Virus record (IMG/VR): IMGVR_UViG_3300035670_000009
Coordinates: 128,001 to 192,000 of that record
Source: a virus
Lineage: Duplodnaviria; Caudoviricetes
Direction: 5' to 3' (one strand)
Length of the DNA stretch: 64,000 bases
Shown here: piece after piece, positions 39,101-48,293 of the stretch
How positions within the stretch are numbered: position 1 is the stretch's first letter
Layout: each line of letters opens with the position of its first letter
Program-made: the position numbers and the translations under genes
Notes under the pieces: model-generated
Seen by the model: the letters and a program-made list of their open reading frames with translations, nothing else
The model's database searches: none
What the model was told of the DNA's origin: nothing

Positions 39101-42100
39101 TTAACTCTCGACTATATGCACCGGGGTATCGACCTCAATCTCGCCTCGCCGATAGGCCTTAATGGCGTCCTGCCGTGACTTATATACCCGCGGCTTCGCG
39201 CGTTTGTCGACCCGGCTGCTGGCCAGGTAAATCCCGGACTGAAACTCAGCCTGCGGAATATAGTGCGCTTTGAAGTTAGCCGCCGCAAACAAGTTTTTTG
39301 AGGGAAGCATCTTTTCGACGGCTTCCTTTGCCGCGTCGTCCGTGCTAGGAACGTGATACTGCATCGCGTCCCCGTCGAAGTCGGCGTTAAAACCCTTGGT
39401 AATGACCGGATTGACCTCCATCACCTTGTTCTTAGTGAGCTTTGGGTAGAAGGCCATCATACCGTATCGATGAAGCACCGGCGCACGGTTGATTACAATC
39501 GGCCGGGACGACATCTGCCGCTCCAGCTCCGCGTGCGCCTCCTTGTTGCGGTCCTCGACGTGCTGGAGGGCCTGCATCCGCGGCAACCCCCGCCGCACCA
39601 AGCCGCGCACCACGAACGGCTTGTAGACCTCCCAGGCTTTGTCCTCGGGCAGCGCCACCTCGTCCATGTCCAGGTCCGGGTTTGGCGTGATTACGGCGCG
39701 GCCCACCAGGTCGACCGTGGTGCCTAGAAGTTTGCGTTGAACGGTGCCGTACTTCGGCGAACTGCCGAAAATGTGCTTCAAGAATCCCTTGACCTGCCGC
39801 TCCTGATTCTTGGGCTGCGTCGGATCTCCCAGGCCAGAGACCGCCTTCATCGCGTCATACAGGCCGAGGCGCTCGTTGCCGTACTCCGCCAGGGCGCCGG
39901 AGGCGTCCTTCAGCGCGCTGTTTGAGTCGATCAACTCCTTGTACAGATAATTCGCGTCAGCCACGAGCGGGAGCTTCTTGGCGCCCATCGTCGAGACCGG
40001 CCGGAACAACGGCGGCAAGACGGGCATCTTGGTGAGCATCCACTCCTGGGGATGAATTCCCTGGCTCTCGGCGGCCTTGAGAAAACCGAGCTTGCGCACG
40101 GCGGCGTCGCGGAGCGTTTTGCGGCCCGACTTAATGTCTTCTCGGCACTGTTCAATAGCCTTGGGAAGATTAATCCGGCCAAGCGCGTCTTTAATCGCGC
40201 TAGGACCCGACTTGTCGAACAGCTGCGTCTCGCCCGCCAAGACAGAGCGAAACTGCTTTTCGGTAAGTCCCAAAACTCGACGAATTGGCTCTTCCATAAC
40301 CGGATTGGGCATCGGCTCGTGCAAAGATATCTTTGCCCAACGATTTCCGCCGTGTCCGCCGGTTAATTTCTCGTCGAATAGGCCGCCCGGAACTGGCTTC
40401 AATCGTCCTTTCCAGTCCACTGTTTCAGAACTGGTGATTTCTCGATCTTCAGCCAGCTGATCGACGTCTTTGTCGGCGATGGCCATGATGTGCGTTTTAG
40501 TACCGGTGCGGACAGTGTTAATGCCGCTGGCCCGCAATTGATTGACAAATTTCTCATAAACGTGCGGCACTTTGGGCAGCGGCGGCGTATAGCCCGACAT
40601 GAACTGTGACCAGTACTCGGGGTTGGCCTGCCCGCGGACCATCTTTGCGTCACGGATGACCTTTCCGGCGCCGTGGCTTAAAAGCGCGCCCAGGTCCAGC
40701 ATGCCAACGCGCTTGGCGCCCTCCGAGCCGCCTTTAGCGGGAGTTCCTTCTGCCGTGTACGCGCCCATTGCGCGACCCTGCCCCTTAGACTCCGACGTGT
40801 GGTGAAGTTTCATAAAGAACCGGTGGCCGGTCAGCACGCCTTTGATCTTACGACCGGTCTCCGGATCAATGACGTCCTCAGTGTCGGAGAGGCCGTGCTT
40901 CCCAAGCTCGTTCTGCGCAAACGCAATGATGTCTTTTTCGCTGTCGAAGTCCTTTATCTTGAAAGGCTGTCCGGTTTTCGCGGCGACTTTACCCAGTGCA
41001 GCTTCGATAACCTGAGAGGCATTTACGCGAGAGATCAGCCCCAGCGGCGAAACCAGAACCTCCATCGGGCTGCCGTCCTTGTCGTGCGGCATCTGGTGGT
41101 CCGGGACGATGTCGGCAACAACGCCTTTGTCACCAAAACGCCCTGTAAGCTTGTCGCCCACCTGCATCTCGGCGGTGCTTTTCACGACGACCGACACGCC
41201 CTTATCAGTGTGCTCGACGTCAGTGACGATACCCGGCGAGTGATGATCCCAGGTGATCGTATCATTACTGAACGCGCCCGCGCGTCCGCGGTGAACTTTG
41301 CCGTAAGTGGTTTCCTTGGCTTTAGCCTGCAGCACCAGCGGGTCGCCGTAGTTGACTACGGTCCCCTTTTGAATAGCGCCCTTGTCGTCGAACTGGGCCA
41401 GCGTCTTCTTGTCGTACTCAGAGGGGAAGAGCGACACGAAAGCTTTCTTGCCAACGTGCGTGTTGTCGCTCCACTCAGCCTCGTGCTGGTACATGTGCTG
41501 GCTAGTGAGCTTCTTGGCCGCCGACTCCGAAATCACCACGGCATCTTCGTAGACCTTGCCCCTGAAAGGAAGGTAGCCAACGCGAAGGTTCTTGCCCAAA
41601 GCAGCTGAGCCCTGCTTGTCGGTGAAGTTCGAGTGCGCCAAAAGCTGCCCGGGCTTAATCGTGTCGCCCGGCTGCACAGCTGGCGTCTGGTGCCAAAAGG
41701 TCTTGCGGTTGAACGGCATGTCGTTGTAGAGATCGACTGTCGATTTGTTACCGTCTCGATCGCGGAGCACGATCTCGTCGGGCGACACGGAAACAACCTG
41801 GCCGTGGAACTGGGCCTTCACGGCGCCAAGCTTTTCGCCCATCTCGTCTTCGTGGCTGATGCCGTCCTTGTCGACAACAGCCGACTGCACGAAGGGCGCT
41901 TCTGCGTCGTTCAAGGGCAGCGCTTGGGTAAACATGCGGCTGCCCATGATCGCGCGCTGGCCCTTAATCATGCTCTTGAGCGGCAGCATGTTCGAGAGCG
42001 CCGAGAAGGTGCTGTCCATGTGCGGCAGAGAATATTGAACCTCTTCCCGCGGCATGTACTTCATCTTGCCGCCCACGAGAGCCGCGACCATCGGCAGGTC

Positions 42101-43471
42101 GGTTTTCTCCTCGCCAGGAAACGCCACGGGCATGTCGGCCAGTTCGCCCGGCGTCTTGTATTCCTGCGCGCCGGTCTGCATGTTGCGCACCGGCGTATAG
42201 ATCTTGCCGTCAGAACCCTTGACGGCGCCCCGCGCGAAGCGCATGTCGACGCCCGCTTTGCCCGACTCCGGCGTGCGCAGAAAATCGATGTAGCCAAGGT
42301 GGCTGGGCTGCACGGCGCGGGATTCCACCGGCACTGCGTCCAGCGAACCGATGCCGCCCTCGCCCATACGAGTCACGCGGTTCTGGTGGTCGAAGATTTC
42401 GGCCGGGTTAATTTCTTCGAGCGAGCTGCCCAAGCCCGAGCCAATCAACGCAGCATTGATCGCCTTGTTGAAGAACCCCGTAGGCACGTGGTCAAGATTT
42501 TTCTTCGCCGTGGCCTTCCAAAGCAACTTGCGCAGCGCCTGCTTGTCTTTACTGAAGCGCTCAGCAATCAGGTCCTCGGGTCCGACAACGCTTTGATATG
42601 CCATTGCGTCGCGGTCGTCTGGATCGGCCTCTTTGCGATTAACGGCAATGAGCTTTTTCGTAATGTCGAGAATCGCTTCGGGGGTAAGGTTCTTGTATTC
42701 CTTGCCAAGAGTGCGCCGCGTAACGTCGGGGTCGAGTTCCATGCGGGCAAACTCTGTCGCAATAGCTTGCTGCTTAGCGGCCGCGTCCAATCCCGGAGTT
42801 TGCTTGTAAACAAGTCGCTGGTAGAGCTTGTCGAGAGTGCCCGCGTCGCCCTTCTCCATGTTGACGGCGGTGATCTCGTTGCCCCAAGCGCCGCGGATAT
42901 CGGCATCTTTGGCGCCGAGCGCTTTGAGCAGCGGCATCAGCGGAATCTGGGCCTGGCCAATGTTAATTTTCATCACGCCGGTCTTCGGGTCGAGGAAGTA
43001 CCGGTGCATGCGTCCCTTGCCGGGCAGCACGTTAACGTGCGCCTCCAGCTCGCCGTTGTCTTTCTCGCGCGTGTAGACGCCCGCCTTGAGCCGCATCTGG
43101 TGGGCCAGGGTGTACTCGACGCCCCGGTTCACAAACGTGCCCGAGTCAGTGAGGTACGGCACGTGCGCAATCGTCTGCTGACGTTTGGCGATCGGCTGCC
43201 CGGTGGCGTTGTCGATTAAATTCCAAGTGCCGGTGAGCCGCCGGTGCAACGAGTTTCCGGTAAGAACGGCCCGTTTTTGATCGCGCTTGTTGTAGCGCTC
43301 CGGCCCCGTGTAATTCACGTCCGAAAGTTGGAGCGTGTAGAGATCGTTTTTGATCGGCTCGATCGCGCTGGCGCTTTGGAGCGCGCGATCAAAAATGCCG
43401 GAACGCAGCGCGTGGATGTCACCAAATGCGCGGTGTTGCGGCGGCGTTTGCCCGAGAATCGAGTCTGGCAT
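39101..43471 (-). CDS. rpoB: RNA polymerase beta subunit fused to the beta-prime N-terminal half (catalytic chain)
   Basis: Beta motifs PYLTDSGTFVNRGVEY, GDKLTGRFGDKGVV, FMKLHH, GAKRVGML; beta-prime motifs PVLPPLFRP, LLGTTVDLVGRAVI, NRAPVLH and catalytic FNADFDGD. Confidence 0.93.
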   Translation of the reverse strand: MPDSILGQTPPQHRAFGDIHALRSGIFDRALQSASAIEPIKNDLYTLQLSDVNYTGPERYNKRDQKRAVLTGNSLHRRLTGTWNLIDNATGQPIAKRQQTIAHVPYLTDSGTFVNRGVEYTLAHQMRLKAGVYTREKDNGELEAHVNVLPGKGRMHRYFLDPKTGVMKINIGQAQIPLMPLLKALGAKDADIRGAWGNEITAVNMEKGDAGTLDKLYQRLVYKQTPGLDAAAKQQAIATEFARMELDPDVTRRTLGKEYKNLTPEAILDITKKLIAVNRKEADPDDRDAMAYQSVVGPEDLIAERFSKDKQALRKLLWKATAKKNLDHVPTGFFNKAINAALIGSGLGSSLEEINPAEIFDHQNRVTRMGEGGIGSLDAVPVESRAVQPSHLGYIDFLRTPESGKAGVDMRFARGAVKGSDGKIYTPVRNMQTGAQEYKTPGELADMPVAFPGEEKTDLPMVAALVGGKMKYMPREEVQYSLPHMDSTFSALSNMLPLKSMIKGQRAIMGSRMFTQALPLNDAEAPFVQSAVVDKDGISHEDEMGEKLGAVKAQFHGQVVSVSPDEIVLRDRDGNKSTVDLYNDMPFNRKTFWHQTPAVQPGDTIKPGQLLAHSNFTDKQGSAALGKNLRVGYLPFRGKVYEDAVVISESAAKKLTSQHMYQHEAEWSDNTHVGKKAFVSLFPSEYDKKTLAQFDDKGAIQKGTVVNYGDPLVLQAKAKETTYGKVHRGRAGAFSNDTITWDHHSPGIVTDVEHTDKGVSVVVKSTAEMQVGDKLTGRFGDKGVVADIVPDHQMPHDKDGSPMEVLVSPLGLISRVNASQVIEAALGKVAAKTGQPFKIKDFDSEKDIIAFAQNELGKHGLSDTEDVIDPETGRKIKGVLTGHRFFMKLHHTSESKGQGRAMGAYTAEGTPAKGGSEGAKRVGMLDLGALLSHGAGKVIRDAKMVRGQANPEYWSQFMSGYTPPLPKVPHVYEKFVNQLRASGINTVRTGTKTHIMAIADKDVDQLAEDREITSSETVDWKGRLKPVPGGLFDEKLTGGHGGNRWAKISLHEPMPNPVMEEPIRRVLGLTEKQFRSVLAGETQLFDKSGPSAIKDALGRINLPKAIEQCREDIKSGRKTLRDAAVRKLGFLKAAESQGIHPQEWMLTKMPVLPPLFRPVSTMGAKKLPLVADANYLYKELIDSNSALKDASGALAEYGNERLGLYDAMKAVSGLGDPTQPKNQERQVKGFLKHIFGSSPKYGTVQRKLLGTTVDLVGRAVITPNPDLDMDEVALPEDKAWEVYKPFVVRGLVRRGLPRMQALQHVEDRNKEAHAELERQMSSRPIVINRAPVLHRYGMMAFYPKLTKNKVMEVNPVITKGFNADFDGDAMQYHVPSTDDAAKEAVEKMLPSKNLFAAANFKAHYIPQAEFQSGIYLASSRVDKRAKPRVYKSRQDAIKAYRRGEIEVDTPVHIVES

Positions 43472-43476
43472 TGCGC

Positions 43477-44685
43477 TTACTCATCGGACTCAACAGTCGA
43501 TTTGATATGCGCGAGCGACTCCGGGTCGACCCACACGGGCGGCAAGCCCTTTGTCCGCGCGCGGGACGCCTGCGCCTTAGCCAGGTTCTCGCCTTCGGTG
43601 AGATTCTTGGTGCGGTCGTACATGTATTTGGCGCCAAGCCCGCCAGCGCCCAGCAGCGTAAGCAAGTAAGCAGTCCGCAAAGTTTGCGGCGTGTTCCACA
43701 AAGCGCTGGCCGTACTCGAGAGCATGTTGGCTTGCTTGACGCGATCAAAAGCGACGTCGAGGGCGCTCGCGGACTTCCCGCCCAGCGCGTTGTAATACTC
43801 GGCACGCGCGGCTTCGAGCGCGGATTCGCGATCGCGTTTCTTCTTGGCCTTCACGAGCGAATTAATGAGCTTCGCGCCTGCATAGGTACCCAACGCCGCG
43901 CCACCGATGTTGGCGGCCGTGCTCCAGCTTTTTCGCCACGGGTGCGGGTCAGCAGACGGCGCCGGACCGCGGCCTGGTACGTTCGGGGCGCCGAACGGCA
44001 CCATCGTCGTGGGGAGCGCCTTGCCAACCGATTCTGAAAGGCTGTTCAGGTCGAAACTGTTCTTAATCGCGAACGGGTTATTCGCGGTCGAGAACGGGCC
44101 CTGGTTGTTGTTCGGCATGCCATTTACGAAACCAAACGGCTGCGGCGCGGCAGGAACAATATTTTTGTTAATGCCGGGGTTCATCTGCTGCTGCGGGGCG
44201 AATGAATTAGCCGCGCTCGTTGTCTCGAACGGTCGTGCGGCCTGCATGGCCTGTCCGACACGTGCGTACATACTCCCAGAGGAGAACGGAATTTTTGTGA
44301 GAGACTGCATAAAAGGCACATATTGCCGCATGCTTTCGGGATTAAAGCCGCCAAACGGGCCATTTTGGGCGGGTCGATTCTGCGGCATAATTCCGGAACC
44401 ACCGACAAGCGACATGTCGAGCGGGCGACTGGGGTCATATCTGAGATTGGCTTCCTTGGCGATCATCGGCGTACCCGAGCCATAGCTCGGGTACTTTTTT
44501 TCCTTTTTGCCTTCGGGTTTCATACCGCGAAGCAAGTGGTACAGCGCCGCAGCGCCGAGACCAATACCGGCACCGGCTCCCGTGCTCGACAGGAGCCGCT
44601 TGCCGTAAAACTGCTGCAAAAGCTGCTCGCGCTCAGCAGCAGACGGGCCACCAAAGATTCCAGCGAGCTTTTCAGTGTTGTTCAT
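43477..44685 (-). CDS. Gly-zipper/low-complexity protein, possible internal virion protein
   Basis: About 402 aa from MNNTEKLAG (ATGA overlap); three GxxxG hydrophobic helices each following a K-x-A motif. Confidence 0.65.
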   Translation of the reverse strand: MNNTEKLAGIFGGPSAAEREQLLQQFYGKRLLSSTGAGAGIGLGAAALYHLLRGMKPEGKKEKKYPSYGSGTPMIAKEANLRYDPSRPLDMSLVGGSGIMPQNRPAQNGPFGGFNPESMRQYVPFMQSLTKIPFSSGSMYARVGQAMQAARPFETTSAANSFAPQQQMNPGINKNIVPAAPQPFGFVNGMPNNNQGPFSTANNPFAIKNSFDLNSLSESVGKALPTTMVPFGAPNVPGRGPAPSADPHPWRKSWSTAANIGGAALGTYAGAKLINSLVKAKKKRDRESALEAARAEYYNALGGKSASALDVAFDRVKQANMLSSTASALWNTPQTLRTAYLLTLLGAGGLGAKYMYDRTKNLTEGENLAKAQASRARTKGLPPVWVDPESLAHIKSTVESDE

Positions 44686-45038
44686 GACGTTGCCTTCGGC
44701 GGAATCATCCCGTAAACCTGGGCCCATTCCAGCCATACGCGGTAGTGCTTGTTTTCTTCGTCATAGACGTCTGCCCGCTTCAGCAGGCGATACCAACCGT
44801 TCACTATCTTATCATTTATGTCGTCAAACTCGGCTTTTGCCTCGGGTTCCCAGAGTAGGAACATCTTCGAGCGGTAGTCGTAGCGCAGCTCGAGGTTTTC
44901 CAGCTCATCCTGTTTGAGATTGGCCGTCGCGCTCTGCGGGCCGATGACGGGAAAGCCGTCCAGCGTGCCCGGCCAGCTCAGGCGCTCTCCGCTGTGCTGC
45001 GGGCCGCCCATTTCTGCGTGAAACTTGCGCAAACTCAT
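44682..45038 (-). CDS. hypothetical protein
   Basis: 118 aa, SD AGGAG. Confidence 0.7.
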   Translation of the reverse strand: MSLRKFHAEMGGPQHSGERLSWPGTLDGFPVIGPQSATANLKQDELENLELRYDYRSKMFLLWEPEAKAEFDDINDKIVNGWYRLLKRADVYDEENKHYRVWLEWAQVYGMIPPKATS

Positions 45039-45056
45039 CGCACTGCTCCTTCAGTT

Positions 45057-45404
45057 TTAGCGGGCAGTACGGTACTCCCGCAGTTTCCGCCGCGCCTTCG
45101 CCCGGGCCGCCATCACCTTGTAGGTGTTGATCAGCTCCTCGTTTTTCATCTCGTCTTCATCGAGCTTGGGCGCGGTTAGTTTAGCGGCGCCATAACCAAG
45201 TGCGCCACCGCCTAAAAGCGAGGCGGCTACGGGCAGCCCGACGATGCCGCCCGCGGCAGTTGCGATGTCGCCCACGACACCTGCGGTTTTCTCGTTGAAT
45301 TCGGCAACACGGCTCAGGCGCGCGGCCAGATCTTCGCCGGTCAGGCCTTCTTCAGCGCAGCGAGTAAGAAAACCAAGTTTGAACAGCTGGGCGGCATCCA
45401 TCAA
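45057..45404 (-). CDS. small Gly-zipper hydrophobic protein
   Basis: 115 aa; EKTA followed by GVVGDIATAAGGIVGLPVAASLLGGGALGYG. Confidence 0.65.
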   Translation of the reverse strand: MMDAAQLFKLGFLTRCAEEGLTGEDLAARLSRVAEFNEKTAGVVGDIATAAGGIVGLPVAASLLGGGALGYGAAKLTAPKLDEDEMKNEELINTYKVMAARAKARRKLREYRTAR

Positions 45405-45889
45405 AACTCTCCTGGCAGAATCAGTTTTTTGGGCTTGGCGCCGAGAGAGAAGTCGGGCGTGACGTGCTTGCCGGTGTCCTTGCCTAGCGGCAAAACGCCC
45501 GGCAGCGCAGTGTTAAAGTTGGCCGCGCCTGCCATTGACACCCGCCCGCGCTTGTGCGGTCGGTGTCTGGCAAACCACTCAGCAACTTCAGGATCACTTC
45601 GGTCGCCCTGCTCTTTCGCCTCCTTGCAACATTCCACCATGTTCTCAATTGCCTGCTGTAACTCCAAACGATCAGCCAAAATCCAAGTTTTTCCTGGGTT
45701 TTGAACAGCCTGCTGCCGCAGGCGTTTCGCTTCGTCCGAAAGCGCTAAAGCGCGCTGGAGAAACTCTTTGCGCGTCAGCACAACGAACGACCCGTCTTCC
45801 TCGTCGTGGAGGCAGATGTAGCCGTTTTTGGCGTAAAACTTCAAATCACGCCAGGAGTAGCACTTGCCGACCGTGTTTTCGCCGGGCAT
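45401..45889 (-). CDS. hypothetical protein
   Basis: 162 aa, overlaps the next gene. Confidence 0.65.
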   Translation of the reverse strand: MPGENTVGKCYSWRDLKFYAKNGYICLHDEEDGSFVVLTRKEFLQRALALSDEAKRLRQQAVQNPGKTWILADRLELQQAIENMVECCKEAKEQGDRSDPEVAEWFARHRPHKRGRVSMAGAANFNTALPGVLPLGKDTGKHVTPDFSLGAKPKKLILPGEF

Positions 45890-45892
45890 GAA

Positions 45893-46363
45893 TTACCGCC
45901 TCCGAAAGATGCGGCGCGGCGATACCGGCACCGGAACAACCGGAAAGCCAGAGAGCGGCGCCGCAGGCGCCGCTTTTTCTACTGGGCACGTTCCAGTTAC
46001 GCAAGGCGCCGGAGGCGCAGCAACTGGCGCCGGAACAGCAGAGGTCTGCTGCGGTTTAGCGAACGGACCCGGCGGCAAAGTTACTTTCGCTCTAGGCAAC
46101 TCGCCCGGCGCGGTTAACGGCTGGCACGTGGGGCATTTCGTCCATTCGTGCCCGTCGCCTGACCGTACTTTGCCGGTACCCTTGCAGGTCGGGCAATTCG
46201 GGTCGACGGGTTGCGGCTGCGGTTTGTCGGGCCGGGCGGTGTCAGGAAGCAGAGCAGCATAAGCAGCCTCTGCAGCGACCATGCCGATATAGTCCGAAGC
46301 TGGCGCTGGTTCGGCATATGGCAACACCGGCAAAAACAGCAGTGTGTAAAGCCAGCCGTTCAT
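45893..46363 (-). CDS. exported protein with a DnaJ-type zinc finger
   Basis: About 156 aa from MNGWLYTLLFL; CPTCKGTG...CPTC; Pro-rich tail. Confidence 0.7.
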   Translation of the reverse strand: MNGWLYTLLFLPVLPYAEPAPASDYIGMVAAEAAYAALLPDTARPDKPQPQPVDPNCPTCKGTGKVRSGDGHEWTKCPTCQPLTAPGELPRAKVTLPPGPFAKPQQTSAVPAPVAAPPAPCVTGTCPVEKAAPAAPLSGFPVVPVPVSPRRIFRRR

Positions 46364-46386
46364 GTTAACGCCTCCCACGTGCCAAG

Positions 46387-47412
46387 TTAAATGTTTCCTA
46401 GCGCGCCCCAATTTTTAAGCGCTTTACGCTTCCAGCCGTTAAAGCTGGAGAAGGCGATCGCGTCGCGGTTCTTGAGGTCGCTCCAGCGCGCCCAAAAAGC
46501 GCCAATCGGAATAAGCAAGTTCGTGTCCATGATCTTGCGCGAACCGTCATTCCAATTTCCCCAACTGTTGGCCACGCAAATCAAGGGTTCTTTGTAAACG
46601 TCGATAATTTCTGGCCGATCATCTGCCGCAATATAGGCCATAGCGTGCGCCCAGCCTTTGGCGGTGCGTTTCGATACGCCGTTCGCGTCGCGCTCCGCCG
46701 AAAAAGACTCGCCGCCGCACGAGCTGATGCCGTAACCGTTCGCGAGCATGTCCCGAACTTCTTCATAACTATTCAGGACTGTAGTCGACCGAATCAGGTG
46801 CTGCTGCCCGATCTCGAGCCACGATTTAGGCGGCGTCTTGCTGCCGTAAATACCGGCGGCGCGCGATGAGTACTGCTCAAAGTCGACGTTAATTTCAGGG
46901 TAGGCTTTGCGCAGCCAGAGCCCCGATTCTTTCATCACCACTCGCGCAGCGTCGGAGCAAAACCAACCGTCTCCGCCATGACGACGCCAATTGTAAATCG
47001 CTTCAGTGCTGAGCACGCCGTTGAGTCGGGCCTTGTCGGAGATCTCCGGCGCGCCTTCGACGTTACCAGTCTCCTCGTCGGCCAGTCCGCTAGTAATGTC
47101 GGTGCACATCGTGATCAGCCCGGCGTTCCGGGTTGACCATGAAACACAGTCGCCGCGTCCTTGAGCGCCGCCAGGGAGGCAATCTGGATAAAGCGAAAAC
47201 ACGTCCAGAAATGGCGCGCTGAGCTTTCCCTTGCCGGTTTCCTCGAGCCCATAAGCCGAGCAGGCCATCGCGCCCTCGGGAAGTCCGCCCGCTTCGGCAA
47301 TAGCGGCCTTGAGCATGTCGGCGCGCTCGGGATCGCACATCGCGCCGACAAAACCGTCTTCGTACGCTTTCTGTACGTCAAACACCGATTCAAAAAATAC
47401 TTCGCCGTCCAT
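46387..47412 (-). CDS. papain-like (C1 family) cysteine peptidase
   Basis: QGRGDCVSW (catalytic Cys), WAHAM (His), ANSWG (Asn). Confidence 0.8.
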   Translation of the reverse strand: MDGEVFFESVFDVQKAYEDGFVGAMCDPERADMLKAAIAEAGGLPEGAMACSAYGLEETGKGKLSAPFLDVFSLYPDCLPGGAQGRGDCVSWSTRNAGLITMCTDITSGLADEETGNVEGAPEISDKARLNGVLSTEAIYNWRRHGGDGWFCSDAARVVMKESGLWLRKAYPEINVDFEQYSSRAAGIYGSKTPPKSWLEIGQQHLIRSTTVLNSYEEVRDMLANGYGISSCGGESFSAERDANGVSKRTAKGWAHAMAYIAADDRPEIIDVYKEPLICVANSWGNWNDGSRKIMDTNLLIPIGAFWARWSDLKNRDAIAFSSFNGWKRKALKNWGALGNI

Positions 47413-47446
47413 GGCTACCTCGTTTCCGAATTGCGAACGACGTATG

Positions 47447-47944
47447 TCAGCGCGCCGAGTTTGCGATCAGCGTGCAGGCCTCGACAAGCTTTGCGCGTAC
47501 GGCGTCGTCGACAGACTGTACGTCTTTCGGATCGCGCTTTCCTTCGGGATCTAGTTCACGAAGTTTTGCGTCAAACACGGCCTCGATCGCCGCGTCGAGT
47601 CCGGAATACTTGCCACGCATCTCAGGGTCGATGGCATTCTTGAGCGTGTTGGCCTGCCACAGCGCTAGCTGCTCAGTCGTCTTGATGAGTCGCGTCTTTG
47701 CGTCGCGCTCGAGCACGACCACCATAGCTGTGTAGACGCCGCGAACGCGCGCCTTGTCCGCGGGCGACGCATTGGCGAGCAGCTCGACGATCTTCGCGTC
47801 TGTCACTACAGCTGGTTCCGGCGGTACCGGAGTAACTGGAGTGACAGGCGTAACTGGACCAGTCGGCAGTTTGAGAGAAATGCCGTTAGGAAATAGCAGG
47901 GCAAAAGCAAGCAGCAGCCCAGCAGGCCAGATCAGCTTTTTCAT
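47447..47944 (-). CDS. exported or membrane-anchored protein with a PVT-repeat linker
   Basis: About 165 aa from MKKLIWPAGLLLAFALLF; PVTPVTPVTP. Confidence 0.7.
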   Translation of the reverse strand: MKKLIWPAGLLLAFALLFPNGISLKLPTGPVTPVTPVTPVPPEPAVVTDAKIVELLANASPADKARVRGVYTAMVVVLERDAKTRLIKTTEQLALWQANTLKNAIDPEMRGKYSGLDAAIEAVFDAKLRELDPEGKRDPKDVQSVDDAVRAKLVEACTLIANSAR

Positions 47945-47949
47945 GGTAC

Positions 47950-48243
47950 TCACCCCGCGTGCGGATGTTTGTGGTCGATCAGGATTTTGAGCAAGAGCGA
48001 GCACGCCTCGACGCCCTCTTCACAGCCCTCAGCGGCAAACCGGTCCCGAAGCTCGGAAACATCGAGCAGGTCGTCGACGAGCAGATCGCCCGTGACCGGC
48101 GGCGCGTCAGGCGCGACGGGATTGACCACCGGCCGCGGCAATTTGGGCAGCCTGGCCTTCAGCCGGGCATAGATATCTTTGCCGTAAGCTGCGAGGACTA
48201 CACCGGCAAAGAGAAGCAAAGCAAGAAGCTGAAACGTAGTCAT
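47950..48243 (-). CDS. small membrane-anchored protein
   Basis: 97 aa; N-terminal hydrophobic helix; SD GGAGG. Confidence 0.7.
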   Translation of the reverse strand: MTTFQLLALLLFAGVVLAAYGKDIYARLKARLPKLPRPVVNPVAPDAPPVTGDLLVDDLLDVSELRDRFAAEGCEEGVEACSLLLKILIDHKHPHAG

Positions 48244-48293
48244 GGGACCTCCATGCGCAAAACTGTCAGAAACTGACAGAGTCTAGCAAAAAC

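Noticed and set aside
36248-43471. Host chromosomal rpoBC operon
   Set aside because: No ribosomal protein genes nearby, degenerate motifs, missing zinc sites, an unusual split, and flanking capsid genes.
39101-43471. Intein or intron in the RNAP gene
   Set aside because: Conserved motifs are collinear with shortened, not lengthened, spacing, and no splice-junction motifs were seen.
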